This document shows positions 9,974 through 21,300 of a DNA stretch of 64,000 bases, one piece after another. The notes beneath the pieces were generated by a model. The model was not told the origin of the DNA and searched no databases. It was given only the letters and a program-made list of their open reading frames with translations. The first letter of the stretch is position 1; each line of letters starts with the position of its first letter. Source of the DNA: an uncultured Arcobacteraceae bacterium (lineage in GTDB: Bacteria; Campylobacterota; Campylobacteria; Campylobacterales; Arcobacteraceae); contig CAXHZO010000012.1 of assembly GCA_964022095.1 (NCBI GenBank), forward strand, positions 14,424-78,423, in the 5' to 3' direction. A program made the position numbers and the translations under genes.

Positions 9974-11242
9974 ATGAATTTTTCAAATAATAAACCAAAG
10001 GTATATTTTAAAACATTTGGTTGTAGAACAAACGTTTTTGATACTCAAGTAATGATGAGTAATCTAAAAGATTTTGAAATAACACAAGATGAGAAAACAG
10101 CAGATGTAGTTGTAATAAACTCATGTACAGTTACAAATGGTGCAGATAGTACTGCTCGTGGATATATAAATGGACTTAAGAAGCTTCCAAAAGACCCAAG
10201 AGTTGTATTTACTGGATGTGGTGTTTGGACAAAGGGTGAGAGTCTATTTAAAGAAGAAAAAATAGATTCACTTTTTGGTCATAGCGAAAAAGAAAATATC
10301 AATGAATTACTAAAAAGTGAAGAGAGATTTTTCCAAGCTGGTGATTTAGAACATATTGATGAAACTATCGTTGAAGAGTTTGTTGGTAAAAGTAGGGCAT
10401 TTATCAAAATCCAAGAAGGATGTGACTTTAGATGTTCATATTGTATTATTCCTTATGTAAGAGGTGATGCAAGAAGTTATAAAGAAGATAAAATTTTAGA
10501 GCAAGTTACAACACTAGCAGCTAATGGTTTTGGTGAATTTATTTTAACGGGAACAAATGTAGGAAGTTATGGTAAAAAACAACACACTTCTTTAGCAAAA
10601 CTTCTTAAAAAAATGTCTCAAATAAAAGGTGTTAGACGTATACGAATGGGAAGTATTGAACCTATTCAAATTGATGATGAGTTCAAAGAAATCATTAATG
10701 AACCATTTATGGCAAAACACCTTCATATCGCACTTCAACATACTTCTAAAGATATGTTGAAAATTATGAATAGAAGAAATAAAGTTTTATCTGACTTAGA
10801 ATTATTTGAATTTTTAAGAGACAATGGATATGCCTTAGGGACAGATTTTATAGTTGGGCATCCAGGTGAAACTGATGAATTATGGAAAGAAGCTATGGAA
10901 AATCTTCATAAATTTCCATTAACTCATGTTCATGCCTTTACTTATTCAAAAAGAGATGGAACACCAAGTGCAACAATGAAACCAGAAATTAGAGGTGATG
11001 TTGCTAAAATTAGATACAATGAACTAACGAAAATAATTGAACAGAAAAATATAGATTTTAGAAAAAATAATACTAAAACACTAGAAGTTTTAATAGAACA
11101 AGAAAAAAATGGAAAATATATAGGATTAGATCAATTCTTTAATCAAATAGAAGTGGAATCACCAGTTGATATAACAGGAGATTGGATTTTTATTGATGAT
11201 TACGAAGTAAAGAGTGATAAAAATGTTGCAAAATTCAAATAA
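9974..11242 (+). CDS. mtaB: tRNA t6A37 methylthiotransferase (radical SAM)
   Basis: KTFGCRTN, INSCTVT, IKIQEGCDFRCSYCIIP. Confidence 0.92.
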   Translation: MNFSNNKPKVYFKTFGCRTNVFDTQVMMSNLKDFEITQDEKTADVVVINSCTVTNGADSTARGYINGLKKLPKDPRVVFTGCGVWTKGESLFKEEKIDSLFGHSEKENINELLKSEERFFQAGDLEHIDETIVEEFVGKSRAFIKIQEGCDFRCSYCIIPYVRGDARSYKEDKILEQVTTLAANGFGEFILTGTNVGSYGKKQHTSLAKLLKKMSQIKGVRRIRMGSIEPIQIDDEFKEIINEPFMAKHLHIALQHTSKDMLKIMNRRNKVLSDLELFEFLRDNGYALGTDFIVGHPGETDELWKEAMENLHKFPLTHVHAFTYSKRDGTPSATMKPEIRGDVAKIRYNELTKIIEQKNIDFRKNNTKTLEVLIEQEKNGKYIGLDQFFNQIEVESPVDITGDWIFIDDYEVKSDKNVAKFK

Positions 11243-12704
11243 CAAAAACGATAATAAGAACATAGACAAAAACTTTAAACTTATGGCTTTATCTGCCATA
11301 GTTTTATTGATTTTATTTTTATATACAATTTATAAAAGTAGTGTACATATACAAAGTAGTTCATACTATGTGGGTGTACTGTTTTTATTTATTTTACTTT
11401 TTTTAGCATTGGTTTTAAAAGCTAATCAAGATAAAGTAAGAAAGTTTTTAAATAAAGGCAAGCCTACAAAGTCTGCTTTTAACGAAGAGCTTGTAAAAAC
11501 ACGAGCTTCTGTTTCAAATGAAGAGTTAAATACTTCTATCTCTTCTGTAACTTCAAACGTAACTTTTAAAGATATTGCAGGAATTGGTGAGATAAAAGAA
11601 GAACTAGAAGAAGTAGTTGAATTTTTAAATGAACCTAGTAAATATTTAAAATATGGTGTAAAATTACCAAAAGGTGTACTTCTTGTAGGACCTCCAGGTG
11701 TTGGTAAAACACTTATAGCAAGAGCAGTAGCAGGTGAGGCTGATGTTCCGTTTTTCTATCAAAGTGGTGCTAGTTTTGTACAAATCTATGTTGGAATGGG
11801 TGCAAAAAAAGTACGTGAACTTTTTGCAAAAGCAAAACAAAGTGCCCCTGCAATAGTATTTATTGATGAAATCGATGCAGTTGGAAAAGCAAGAAGTGGT
11901 AAGTCAAATGATGAAAGAGAAGCTACTTTAAATGAACTATTAACTCAAATGGATGGATTTGATGGCGATAGTGGTGTTATTGTAATTGCGGCAACTAATA
12001 AGATTGAAGTACTTGATGATGCACTTTTAAGAGCAGGTAGATTTGATAGAAGATTACATGTTGGATTACCTAATGTTGAAGATAGAAAGAAGATTTTAGA
12101 ACTATATTTACAAAATAAAAACCATGAATTAGATTTACATAAATTAGTAAATGACACAGCTGGATTTAGTTCAGCTGCACTTGCTACACTTATAAATGAA
12201 TCAATGTTAAATATGATTAAAAGAGATTCAAAAATCTTAGATATGGATGATATAGAAGTAGCTAAAAATAAACTTGAATTTGGTAAAAAACAAGTAAAAA
12301 TTTTAGATGAAAAACAAAAAGAGATTTTATCTATTTATCAAGCAAGTAAAGCATATATTTCTAAAACAAAGGTAGCCTTATTTGATGAAAGTGTTGCTAA
12401 AAATAATTCAACTTATCCCTCTTATCAAGAGTTATGTGAAAATATAAAAAGAGATTTAGCAGGAATCATTGGTGTAGAAGTTCTTAAAAAAGAGAAATAC
12501 GCAATAAATGAAAAAGATTTACAAAATGCAAAAAAAACCGCAACTGATATAGTTCAAACTTATGATATGGCAAATAGTATTGAAGATTTATTAGATGGTA
12601 TAAAAAATGAACTTAGAGCTGAACTGTCTCAAAATAGTGCAGAAGTTAATAGATTAAAAAATATTATGATTCAAAATGAGGTGATAACCCTTGAAGATAT
12701 CTAA
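11214..12704 (+). CDS. FtsH-like membrane AAA+ ATPase lacking the HExxH protease motif
   Basis: Two N-terminal TMs, GPPGVGKT, FIDEIDAVG, LLRAGRFDR; YQASK at the expected HEAGH position. Confidence 0.85.
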   Translation: MIKMLQNSNNKNDNKNIDKNFKLMALSAIVLLILFLYTIYKSSVHIQSSSYYVGVLFLFILLFLALVLKANQDKVRKFLNKGKPTKSAFNEELVKTRASVSNEELNTSISSVTSNVTFKDIAGIGEIKEELEEVVEFLNEPSKYLKYGVKLPKGVLLVGPPGVGKTLIARAVAGEADVPFFYQSGASFVQIYVGMGAKKVRELFAKAKQSAPAIVFIDEIDAVGKARSGKSNDEREATLNELLTQMDGFDGDSGVIVIAATNKIEVLDDALLRAGRFDRRLHVGLPNVEDRKKILELYLQNKNHELDLHKLVNDTAGFSSAALATLINESMLNMIKRDSKILDMDDIEVAKNKLEFGKKQVKILDEKQKEILSIYQASKAYISKTKVALFDESVAKNNSTYPSYQELCENIKRDLAGIIGVEVLKKEKYAINEKDLQNAKKTATDIVQTYDMANSIEDLLDGIKNELRAELSQNSAEVNRLKNIMIQNEVITLEDI

Positions 12705-13209
12705 AAGATATTTTAGTGGATTTTGCTTCAAAAACGAGAGTGAACTTTTTGAAGAGTATAGTATTCAAAATGATTTTACAATAAGTGGTTTTTCTTATGG
12801 TGCTATAAAAGCATTTGAAGAGGTTTTAAACTCAAATCAAAGAGTTGATAAACTTCAACTTTTCTCACCAGCTTTTTTTCAAACTCAAGATAAAAAATAT
12901 AAAAGAATGCAACTAATGTTTTTTAAGAAAGATTCAAATGTTTATTGTGAAAATTTTTTAAAAAATGTTGTAACTCCTTCAAATAAAGATATTTCAAAAT
13001 ATTTTAATATAGGCACTTATGAAGAGCTTGATGAGTTACTAAACTATGAGTGGAGTGAAGAAAAACTTCAAAATTTAGTTGATAGAGGTACAAAAATAGA
13101 AGTCTATTTAGGAAGTGATGATAAGATTATTGATTCACTAAAAGCTAAAGAGTTTTTTGTTAAGTTTTCAACTGTATATTTTATAAAAGAAAAAGGACAT
13201 ATTTTATGA
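12691..13209 (+). CDS. bioV: Pimeloyl-ACP methyl ester esterase BioV
   Basis: YFSGFCF, nucleophile elbow GFSYG, C-terminal GHIL; typical Campylobacterota locus. Confidence 0.8.
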   Translation: MKISKRYFSGFCFKNESELFEEYSIQNDFTISGFSYGAIKAFEEVLNSNQRVDKLQLFSPAFFQTQDKKYKRMQLMFFKKDSNVYCENFLKNVVTPSNKDISKYFNIGTYEELDELLNYEWSEEKLQNLVDRGTKIEVYLGSDDKIIDSLKAKEFFVKFSTVYFIKEKGHIL

Positions 13210-13745
13210 GCGAACAAATTGCAAGAATTGGAATAATCACTGCAAGTGATAGAGCAAGTGCTGGAGTTTATGAAGATTTATCTGGTAAAGCTATTATTGA
13301 TACTATGAACGACTATTTAACATCATCTTGGGAACCAGTTTATAGATGTATTGAAGATGATCAAACTACTATTGAAAATACTATGAAAGAGTTAGTTGAT
13401 AATGAAAATTGTTGTTTAGTTGTAACTACTGGTGGAACAGGTCCTTCTAAAAGAGATGTAACACCAGAAGCAACTGAAGCTGTATGTGATAGAATGATGC
13501 CAGGTTTTGGTGAGCTAATGAGAGCAGAATCACTTAAGTTTGTTCCAACTGCAATTTTATCAAGGCAAACAGCAGGTTTAAGAGGAAGTTCACTAATAGT
13601 AAATCTTCCAGGAAAACCAAAATCAATAAGAGAGTGTTTAGATGCAGTTTTCCCTGCGATTCCATATTGTATTGATTTAATGGAAGGACCATTTTTAGTT
13701 TGTGATGAAGAGGTTATAAAACCTTTTAGACCTAAGAAAAAGTAA
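13206..13745 (+). CDS. mog: Molybdopterin adenylyltransferase
   Basis: ITASDRAS, TTGGTGPSKRDVTPEAT, NLPGKPKSI. Confidence 0.93.
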   Translation: MSEQIARIGIITASDRASAGVYEDLSGKAIIDTMNDYLTSSWEPVYRCIEDDQTTIENTMKELVDNENCCLVVTTGGTGPSKRDVTPEATEAVCDRMMPGFGELMRAESLKFVPTAILSRQTAGLRGSSLIVNLPGKPKSIRECLDAVFPAIPYCIDLMEGPFLVCDEEVIKPFRPKKK

Positions 13746-13756
13746 ACTAATTAGAT

Positions 13757-15091
13757 ATGCTAAAATATATCTTACCTTTAGTTTTATCATTAGCAACATA
13801 TTTCCTAGCTGGTTTAGCTTTTGAACCAATTCATGCAACACTTTTATCTATAATAGTGTTGCTTGTTGTTTTATGGACAAATGAAGCTTTACCAATAGGA
13901 GTTGTATCTTTACTTCCTATTTTACTTTTCCCATCTTTTGATATTTTAAGTACTAATGCAACAACTGCAAATTATTCTAAATCTATAATATTTTTATTTT
14001 TAGGTGGATTTATGATTGCAATTGCAACAGAAAAAACAAATTTACATAAATTTATATCAAATAAGCTATTAACACTATTTCCTAGTACTACGGTTGGAGT
14101 TTTATATTCTCTTTCCATTACTTCAGCATTTTTAAGTTCACTAATTTCAAATACTACAACAGCACTATTGTTAATCCCTATTGCAATGTTTTTAACAAAT
14201 GATTTGAAGTTAAAACTTAGACTTGTTTTAGCTATTGCTTATGGTGCAAGTATTGGAGGTATTGTTACTCCAATAGGAACTCCACCAAATTTGATTTTAA
14301 TGGGCTTTATGGAACAACACTCAATGCAAACAGTTTCATTTATAAATTGGATGATTTTAACACTTCCTTTAGCTGTGATTATGTTATGTATTATTCCTTT
14401 TATTTTATCACTTGGTGCAAAAGATTTAAAATTTGATGTTGATTTAGATGAGAAAAAAAGTTTAAGTAGTGAACAAAAAAGATTACTATATATTTTAGGT
14501 TCATTAGTTGTGTTTTTACTAGCTAATTCTAAAATAGAACCTTATTACTCAGGGCTTGGAATAAATGAAAAAGGAATACTTCTTGGGTATGGATTACTAA
14601 TGTTAGTTCCAAAAATTGGTTTTTTAACATGGGAAGATACAAAGAAGATTCCATATGAGATTATATTTTTATTTGGTGCAGGTTTTTCTATTGCTACAGC
14701 TTTTTCTCAAACAGGGCTTGCAAAAGAAATAGCAAATTATTTACTGGTTTTAACAGATTTATCTCCGATATTATTGATTCTTCTTGTTGCCTCTTTAATT
14801 ACTTTTACTACTGAGATTACTTCAAATACTGCATTAATCTCAATTGCTTTACCAATAATTTATTCACTTTCTCAAGTTTCAAATATTGATCCTATGTTAA
14901 TACTTCTTGTAGCAACTATTTGTGCTTCTTATGCCTTTATGCTTCCAATAGCAACTCCACCAAATGCAATAGCTATGAGTAGTGGTGCTGTAAAAGTTAA
15001 AGAAATGGCAAAGTTTGGTTTTGTATTCAATATATTAGGGATTTTATCAGTAACTGCAATTGCACTTATTTATTGGCAGAATTATTTATAA
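13757..15091 (+). CDS. SLC13/DASS family anion permease
   Basis: ISNTTT, TPIGTPPN, TEITSNTA, PIATPPNAI. Confidence 0.9.
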   Translation: MLKYILPLVLSLATYFLAGLAFEPIHATLLSIIVLLVVLWTNEALPIGVVSLLPILLFPSFDILSTNATTANYSKSIIFLFLGGFMIAIATEKTNLHKFISNKLLTLFPSTTVGVLYSLSITSAFLSSLISNTTTALLLIPIAMFLTNDLKLKLRLVLAIAYGASIGGIVTPIGTPPNLILMGFMEQHSMQTVSFINWMILTLPLAVIMLCIIPFILSLGAKDLKFDVDLDEKKSLSSEQKRLLYILGSLVVFLLANSKIEPYYSGLGINEKGILLGYGLLMLVPKIGFLTWEDTKKIPYEIIFLFGAGFSIATAFSQTGLAKEIANYLLVLTDLSPILLILLVASLITFTTEITSNTALISIALPIIYSLSQVSNIDPMLILLVATICASYAFMLPIATPPNAIAMSSGAVKVKEMAKFGFVFNILGILSVTAIALIYWQNYL

Positions 15092-15111
15092 AAGTATTAT
15101 AGCCTTTTGGC

Positions 15112-15117
15112 TATAAT
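15112..15117 (+). promoter_or_regulatory. Sigma70 -10 box of a probably leaderless mutS2 transcript
   Basis: TATAAT lies 6 nt before ATG 15124; no RBS in between. Confidence 0.55.
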
Positions 15118-15123
15118 CCCGCC

Positions 15124-17328
15124 ATGCAAGATATATTAAAAAAACTAGACCTACAAGACTATATAGAGTCATTCTCAAAACTATTAGCAAGAGAAAAAGC
15201 TATTGTTTTAGAAGGTGATATAAATATTCACCATAGATTAATAAATGAATTATCAAAATATGATATAAAACAGCCAACAAATGTTGCAAACTTAGATACT
15301 GCATTAGTGCATATTCAAAAGCAAGGTATTTTAAAAGTTGATGATATTTTTGAATTTATTAAAATCATTAAATACTTCTCTTACTTAAAAAGATTTAACT
15401 TTGAAGGTAAATTAGCAGAGTGGATTGATAAAATCATTATCCCAAATGAAATAGAAAAAACAACTCAATACTTTGATGACAAAGCAAATTTAAAAGATGG
15501 TGTAAATGAAGATTACGACCAAGTTAAGTATGCAATTTCAAAAAACAAAGAGCAAATAAAACAAAGTTTATATAAAAGTATTAATTCACCTAAAATAAGA
15601 AGTTATTTAGTTGATTCTCAAGTACACTTTATAAACGGTGAAGAGTGTATACTAGTAAGAGGTGGATTTAACCATGTACTAAAAGCCTCTGTTATTGATA
15701 GATCAAACTCAGGGTTTTTCTATGTAATACCACATAGTGTTAGTGAATTAAAACAAAAGCAAAGTGATTTAAGAAATAAACAAGAAGAGATAGTTTTAAA
15801 AATCTGTAGAGAAATAAGTGCTTTATTTGAAAAAAACTTATTATTTTTAAAGTTTTTAAATAAAGAGTTTGATAGATTTGATCATTATCAAGCAAGATTG
15901 TTTTTTGCAAAAGTTGGAGATAAGAACTTTATTATTCCTTCTAAGAAAAACCAAAACAAATTAGTAGATTTTGCACATCCAGCATTACATGACCCAAAAC
16001 CAATTACAATTGATTTTACAAAATCAGTAATTATGATAACAGGTGTTAATGCAGGTGGTAAAACTATGATGTTAAAATCTATTTTAAGTGCAGTGTTTTT
16101 ATCAAAATATCTTATTCCATTCAAAGCTCATAAAGATACAAAAATAGGTTACTTTAAATCTATAAATGCAGTACTAGATGATCCACAAAGTGTTAAAAAC
16201 GATATTTCTACTTTTGCTGGACGTATGGTAGAATTTTCTAAACTGTTTGCTGCAAAATCTGCAATTGTTGGGGTTGATGAAATTGAACTGGGAACTGATT
16301 CAGATGAAGCTGCTAGCTTATTTAAAGTAATAATTGAAGATTTAATTCAAAGAGATATAAAAATCATTATCACAACTCACCATAAAAGATTAGCATCCTT
16401 AATGGCTGCAAATGAAAATGTAGAATTAATAGCAGCACTTTACGATGAAGAGAATCAAAAGCCAACTTATGAGTTTTTACAAGGAACTATTGGTAGATCA
16501 TATGCCTTTGAAACAGCAAGTAGATATGGAATTCCATTTAATGTAGTAAAAAGAGCTAAAGAAGTTTATGGTGATGATAAAGATAAGTTAAATGGTCTTA
16601 TTGAAAGAAGTAGTTCTTTAGAGAGAGATTATCAACTAAAACTTGCAAAACTTGAAGATGAAATATCAAAAATGGAGAGATTAACAAAAAATCTTGAAGA
16701 GCAAAAAGAGAAATTAGATGATCATATATACTCAGAAAAATCAAAACTTCATAAAGAGTATAAAGATGCTAGAGATGAAGCTAAGAAAGCTATTAAAGCT
16801 AAATTAGTAAAAGAATCACACCAGCATTTAAATATTGCCCACAAAAAAGCAAGTGAGATTAAAACAGAAAAAGTCCAAGAAGTTGGTGAGTTAAAAGTAG
16901 GGGATAGAGTTAAGTATAGAAATACAAAAGGAAGTATAGTTTCAATAAAAGGTAAAAAAGCCTTTATTGAAAATGATATGGGAATGAAAGTACAAGTTCT
17001 TCTTGTAGATTTAACTAGAAGTGGAAATCCACCAATACCAAAAGTAAAACCTAAAAAAGCAACTCTTAGTGTTCAAAAACCTGATTCTGGTCATGTAAAA
17101 CTTGATTTACATGGTCAAAGAAGTGATGAGGCTGTAGAAAACCTTGACAAGTTTTTAAGTGATGCTTTAATTGCAGGTTTTGATGAAGTGTTAGTTTATC
17201 ATGGAATTGGAACTGGTAAGTTAGCATATGCTGTAAAAGAGTTTTTAAGAACTCATCCAAGTGTAAGAGGTTTTGAAGATGCTCCTGCAAACCAAGGTGG
17301 TTTTGGAGCTAAGATTATAAAACTTTAA
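15124..17328 (+). CDS. mutS2: MutS2 family protein with Smr domain
   Basis: ITGVNAGGKT, DEIELGTD, C-terminal LDLHGQR...YHGIGTG. Confidence 0.93.
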   Translation: MQDILKKLDLQDYIESFSKLLAREKAIVLEGDINIHHRLINELSKYDIKQPTNVANLDTALVHIQKQGILKVDDIFEFIKIIKYFSYLKRFNFEGKLAEWIDKIIIPNEIEKTTQYFDDKANLKDGVNEDYDQVKYAISKNKEQIKQSLYKSINSPKIRSYLVDSQVHFINGEECILVRGGFNHVLKASVIDRSNSGFFYVIPHSVSELKQKQSDLRNKQEEIVLKICREISALFEKNLLFLKFLNKEFDRFDHYQARLFFAKVGDKNFIIPSKKNQNKLVDFAHPALHDPKPITIDFTKSVIMITGVNAGGKTMMLKSILSAVFLSKYLIPFKAHKDTKIGYFKSINAVLDDPQSVKNDISTFAGRMVEFSKLFAAKSAIVGVDEIELGTDSDEAASLFKVIIEDLIQRDIKIIITTHHKRLASLMAANENVELIAALYDEENQKPTYEFLQGTIGRSYAFETASRYGIPFNVVKRAKEVYGDDKDKLNGLIERSSSLERDYQLKLAKLEDEISKMERLTKNLEEQKEKLDDHIYSEKSKLHKEYKDARDEAKKAIKAKLVKESHQHLNIAHKKASEIKTEKVQEVGELKVGDRVKYRNTKGSIVSIKGKKAFIENDMGMKVQVLLVDLTRSGNPPIPKVKPKKATLSVQKPDSGHVKLDLHGQRSDEAVENLDKFLSDALIAGFDEVLVYHGIGTGKLAYAVKEFLRTHPSVRGFEDAPANQGGFGAKIIKL

Positions 17329-17338
17329 TCCAAAAGGA

Positions 17339-17734
17339 TTAAAGTTTATACTCTTTTAATGATTTAATAAACTCTTCCATTGTTTTATTTGCCATATCAT
17401 TTGGCGCTTCTAAGAAGTTTAATATAAATTTGTCTTTCGTTTCACAAACACCAATACTTCTAGGTCTTACTGCTAAAACTTCAGGTGTTGGTAACTCTTT
17501 ACCAAAACAAAATATTATATTTTTAGCTGCAAGTATATCGGGGTTTATCTCTCCATTTAGTGAATTAGTATGGTTATATTGGTCAAATATAGCGATAAAA
17601 GAAACAACACTATGAACATCAATTCTATCTTTTAATGCTTCAATAATTTCATCTACATTTTTATATTTTAGTTCATCTTTGTTGTACTCAATCTCAAATA
17701 TATGATACTTATCTTTAAATATTTTTTGTTTCAT
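17339..17734 (-). CDS. Conserved hypothetical protein (DUF6858-like)
   Basis: KNIIFCFGKELP...LAVRPRSIGVCE. Confidence 0.6.
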   Translation of the reverse strand: MKQKIFKDKYHIFEIEYNKDELKYKNVDEIIEALKDRIDVHSVVSFIAIFDQYNHTNSLNGEINPDILAAKNIIFCFGKELPTPEVLAVRPRSIGVCETKDKFILNFLEAPNDMANKTMEEFIKSLKEYKL

Positions 17735-17735
17735 T

Positions 17736-18284
17736 TTACTTTCCTTTTAGTGTTATAAATGATTCAATCGCACAATCCATTCTTTCTTGTACATCTTTAG
17801 CATTAATAAAAGAGTAGTCTGTTTGTATTTTATAAATTAATTTATTGGCATATTTAAAATCAAACATCAAATATCCAGCATAGCCCTTTGCTTTGTCATT
17901 ATTTTTTGATTTGTCTTCTTTGTCATTTTCATATAAATAGTATTCTATTGTTGTACTCTTATCATCATTAGTTTGAACTTCTTTTGCATATTTTTCAATA
18001 GTACTAGATAATAACCTATCTAAGTCTTCTATATAAATACTTTCTTTGATATTACTTTTCATATATTTCGAGTATTCAATATGTGATTTTATAATATAGT
18101 TTTTATTTTGAAGTGCTTCAATACCTTCTTTTATAGGACCTTCGGCAAATACTCTTTCAAAAGTAGTTGTTTTAGCTTGACAATCTAATCTTTTTATTTT
18201 TAAACTTTTAGTTGACTCTTTATATATTGCATAAAAAATAGTAGAAAAGACAATTAAAATTATAAGCGGTAAAATTTTTTTCAT
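17736..18284 (-). CDS. Hypothetical membrane-anchored/exported protein
   Basis: N-terminal hydrophobic helix; AAGGAG RBS. Confidence 0.6.
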   Translation of the reverse strand: MKKILPLIILIVFSTIFYAIYKESTKSLKIKRLDCQAKTTTFERVFAEGPIKEGIEALQNKNYIIKSHIEYSKYMKSNIKESIYIEDLDRLLSSTIEKYAKEVQTNDDKSTTIEYYLYENDKEDKSKNNDKAKGYAGYLMFDFKYANKLIYKIQTDYSFINAKDVQERMDCAIESFITLKGK

Positions 18285-18381
18285 AATTCTCCTTGGTGTT
18301 ATTAGTTAACTCAATAAGAATTATAATATAATATTAATTAGAGTTTAATAAAATATAGTTATATTTAATTATAACTATATC

Positions 18382-21300
18382 TTATAATTTACTAATTTTT
18401 AAATCAATATTAGAAGTTTTAGAAGATTGTGTTTTGACGTCGATTTTTTTAATAACTTTAATTTGTTTACTTGGAATAGATTTGTCTTTTACTAAGTAGT
18501 TCTTGATATTTTCAACTCTATTTTTTGCCATTATTTCTAAGTCTTTTTGAGTAATATTTTGTTTAGCAATAATAAACTCTTCTAAGGCTTTTTTATATGC
18601 TTTTAAATCTAAATTATCATTTTTAGTATAGCTTTGTTTTAAGTCATCAGCATCTTTATCAAAGTCTTCATATAAATCTTTTAGTAAATCTATATAATCC
18701 TCTTCATAATCTTTATTGCTTTTATCTGGAATTTCATTATTTACTATTTTTTCAAAATTTGCTTTTTTTAGTGCATATAAATCTTTTTGTTTATCATATG
18801 ATGGAGCTAATTCTAAAACAAGATCTTGTTTTTTTGTTAGTATATTTGTAATTTTATCTAAAGTCTCTTTTTGTATTGGAGTGATGTCATTTTTACCAAA
18901 ATCGAAATCAACACTATTTATCTCATTTGGGTCATATCCAAACACAGCTCCAAGTAAAGAAAATGGTGCAGTAACAGCTTTCATAATTAAATTAACAAAG
19001 GCTTTAAATACAATAGGTGCAATTGAGAACTGAGGATCATCTACATTTCCACTTACTGGTAAGTTTAAATCAATCACACCATTTGAGTCTTCAAGTAAAG
19101 CAATGGCTAATTCAAGTGGTAAAGAAACAGCATCTTCACTTTTTACCTCATCACCTAATTTTAATTGTTTTATTAAAACATTATTTTGTGCTTCAAGATT
19201 TGATTTTTCAATATTATATTTTAAATCTAAGTCAAGTCTTCCACTTGCTAGTTCTCTTCCTATAAATTTACCAGTATATGGAGTGAAGTTTTGCATTGCA
19301 ATATTTTTAAATATCATATTAATATCAGTTAAAACTTTAATACTATTTGGATTTACAACACCTGTAATTTTTGTAGTTCCATATTTATTTACAATACCAT
19401 TAACGCTTAGTTTTGAAGTACTTGATTTTTCACTTCTAAATTCACTAATCTTTCCATTTAGTTTTGATACTGTTGTTTTAAATGCAATTGGTAAGTTCTT
19501 ATCTTCAAAATTAAGTTGACCATTTTTTATATCAATTGGGCCAATATCTATTTTTTTTGTATTGTTATTACTTGTTGTTTCTTTTTTAACAACTTTTGGT
19601 TCTTCTTCTTTTTTTGTATTAGTAGATTTTGGAAGTATTACACTAATAGTTGGTTTATTTAAAACTGTTTTTGTAACCTTAAGTAGTTTATTAGAGTTGT
19701 AAATTCCAGATACACTAAGATCAATATTGCTTGCTTGAATATTTGTTTTATCTTTAGTATTTAAAAAGTTTACTCTTGGTTGAACTACTCTTATAGCATT
19801 TATATTTAAGCCAGAGGCTTTTTGTGATAATTTATTTACGTATATTTGTAAATCATTTGTTTTTAATGATATATTGTTTTTTCTATCATTAAAGTTTATA
19901 TCAGGACGACTTAGTTTAATAGTTTTTATATCTATATTAGAACCATTTAAAGCTAAACTATTTAGATCTATATTTGTCGATTTTACTAAAACACTCATTG
20001 CATTTTTTTTATCAGTTAAATTTAGATTTGGTGTATTTACTGCAATTTTATTAATATTGATTTTAGAACCATTTATCTTTAAATTGCTTGCATTGATTTT
20101 TGATTGATTTACTTTTATATTAAGTTTTGATTGTATCTCATCAAAGTTGATATTTGAAAGTGTCGTATTAAGTGAATTAACACTAATATTTGAGCCATCT
20201 ATATTTATATTATTTGCATTAATGGCATTTGAAGTTGTATTTACTCTTATACTAGACTTATCTTTAAAATTTAAGGCATTTGTATTTAGTTTTATACTAT
20301 TAATAGAAGTTTTATTATCTACTAAGTTTAGTTTGTCAAGATTTATTCCAATTTTATTTGTAATTACACTTAAAGAGTTTTTTCTATCTTCAAAACTTAC
20401 TTTTGGAGTATTTAGTGATAATTGATTTAAATCTATATTTGAATTTGCAATTTTTAGAGATGATAGTTTTGTATCTATATTTTGTGTTTTTACACTAAGA
20501 GCATTTTTATTATCACTAAATGAAATACTTGGGGCATTTAAACTAAAGTTTTTTAAATCTATATTTGAACCATTTATATCTAAAGATGCTAATTTACTAT
20601 TATTGTTTTGTGTTGATACAGTCATATTATTTACTGTATCACTATACTTAGCGTTTAGGTTTTTTAGATTTGTATTATTTAGTTTTACAATCCAAGGTTT
20701 AGTGTTTGTAGTTTCTTCTTTTGTTTCATTAGTATTACTTTTTACTAAGTTTGCAAAGTTTAAACCTGTTTTATTTTGTATCAGGTTTAGATTTAATGAA
20801 TCAATTGTAGGAGTATCTAGATATATTGATTGTTTAACTAAATCAAAATCAAACTTTGAAATATCAAACTTTTTTAAGCTCGCAATATCTGTACCATCTT
20901 GACTTAGCTTTAGATTGTTTATATTTATATTTGTAGAATTAAGTTTTATATCTATTTGTTTACTTGTATCAATATTAAAATCTAAATCTATATTTACATT
21001 TGCTTCTTTATTAAGTGCAAAATTAAAACTACTCATATCATAATCAAGTACTTCTTTTACTCTAAGATCTTCAAGTTTAGTTTTACCATACATTTTAAAA
21101 GGTACTAGTCTAAATGCACCTTCTACTGATAACTTTGTAAATTCGTTTATTTTTAATTCCAAGTCATTTGATGATAATGAGTCTTCAAATGTACCTAAAT
21201 CTCTTAGTTTATAATTTAGGTCATGTATTGTTATCTTATAAGATTTGTCATTTTTTAGTTTTGTAAAATCAATCTTAGAATTTTCTAAAAATATCTTAGA

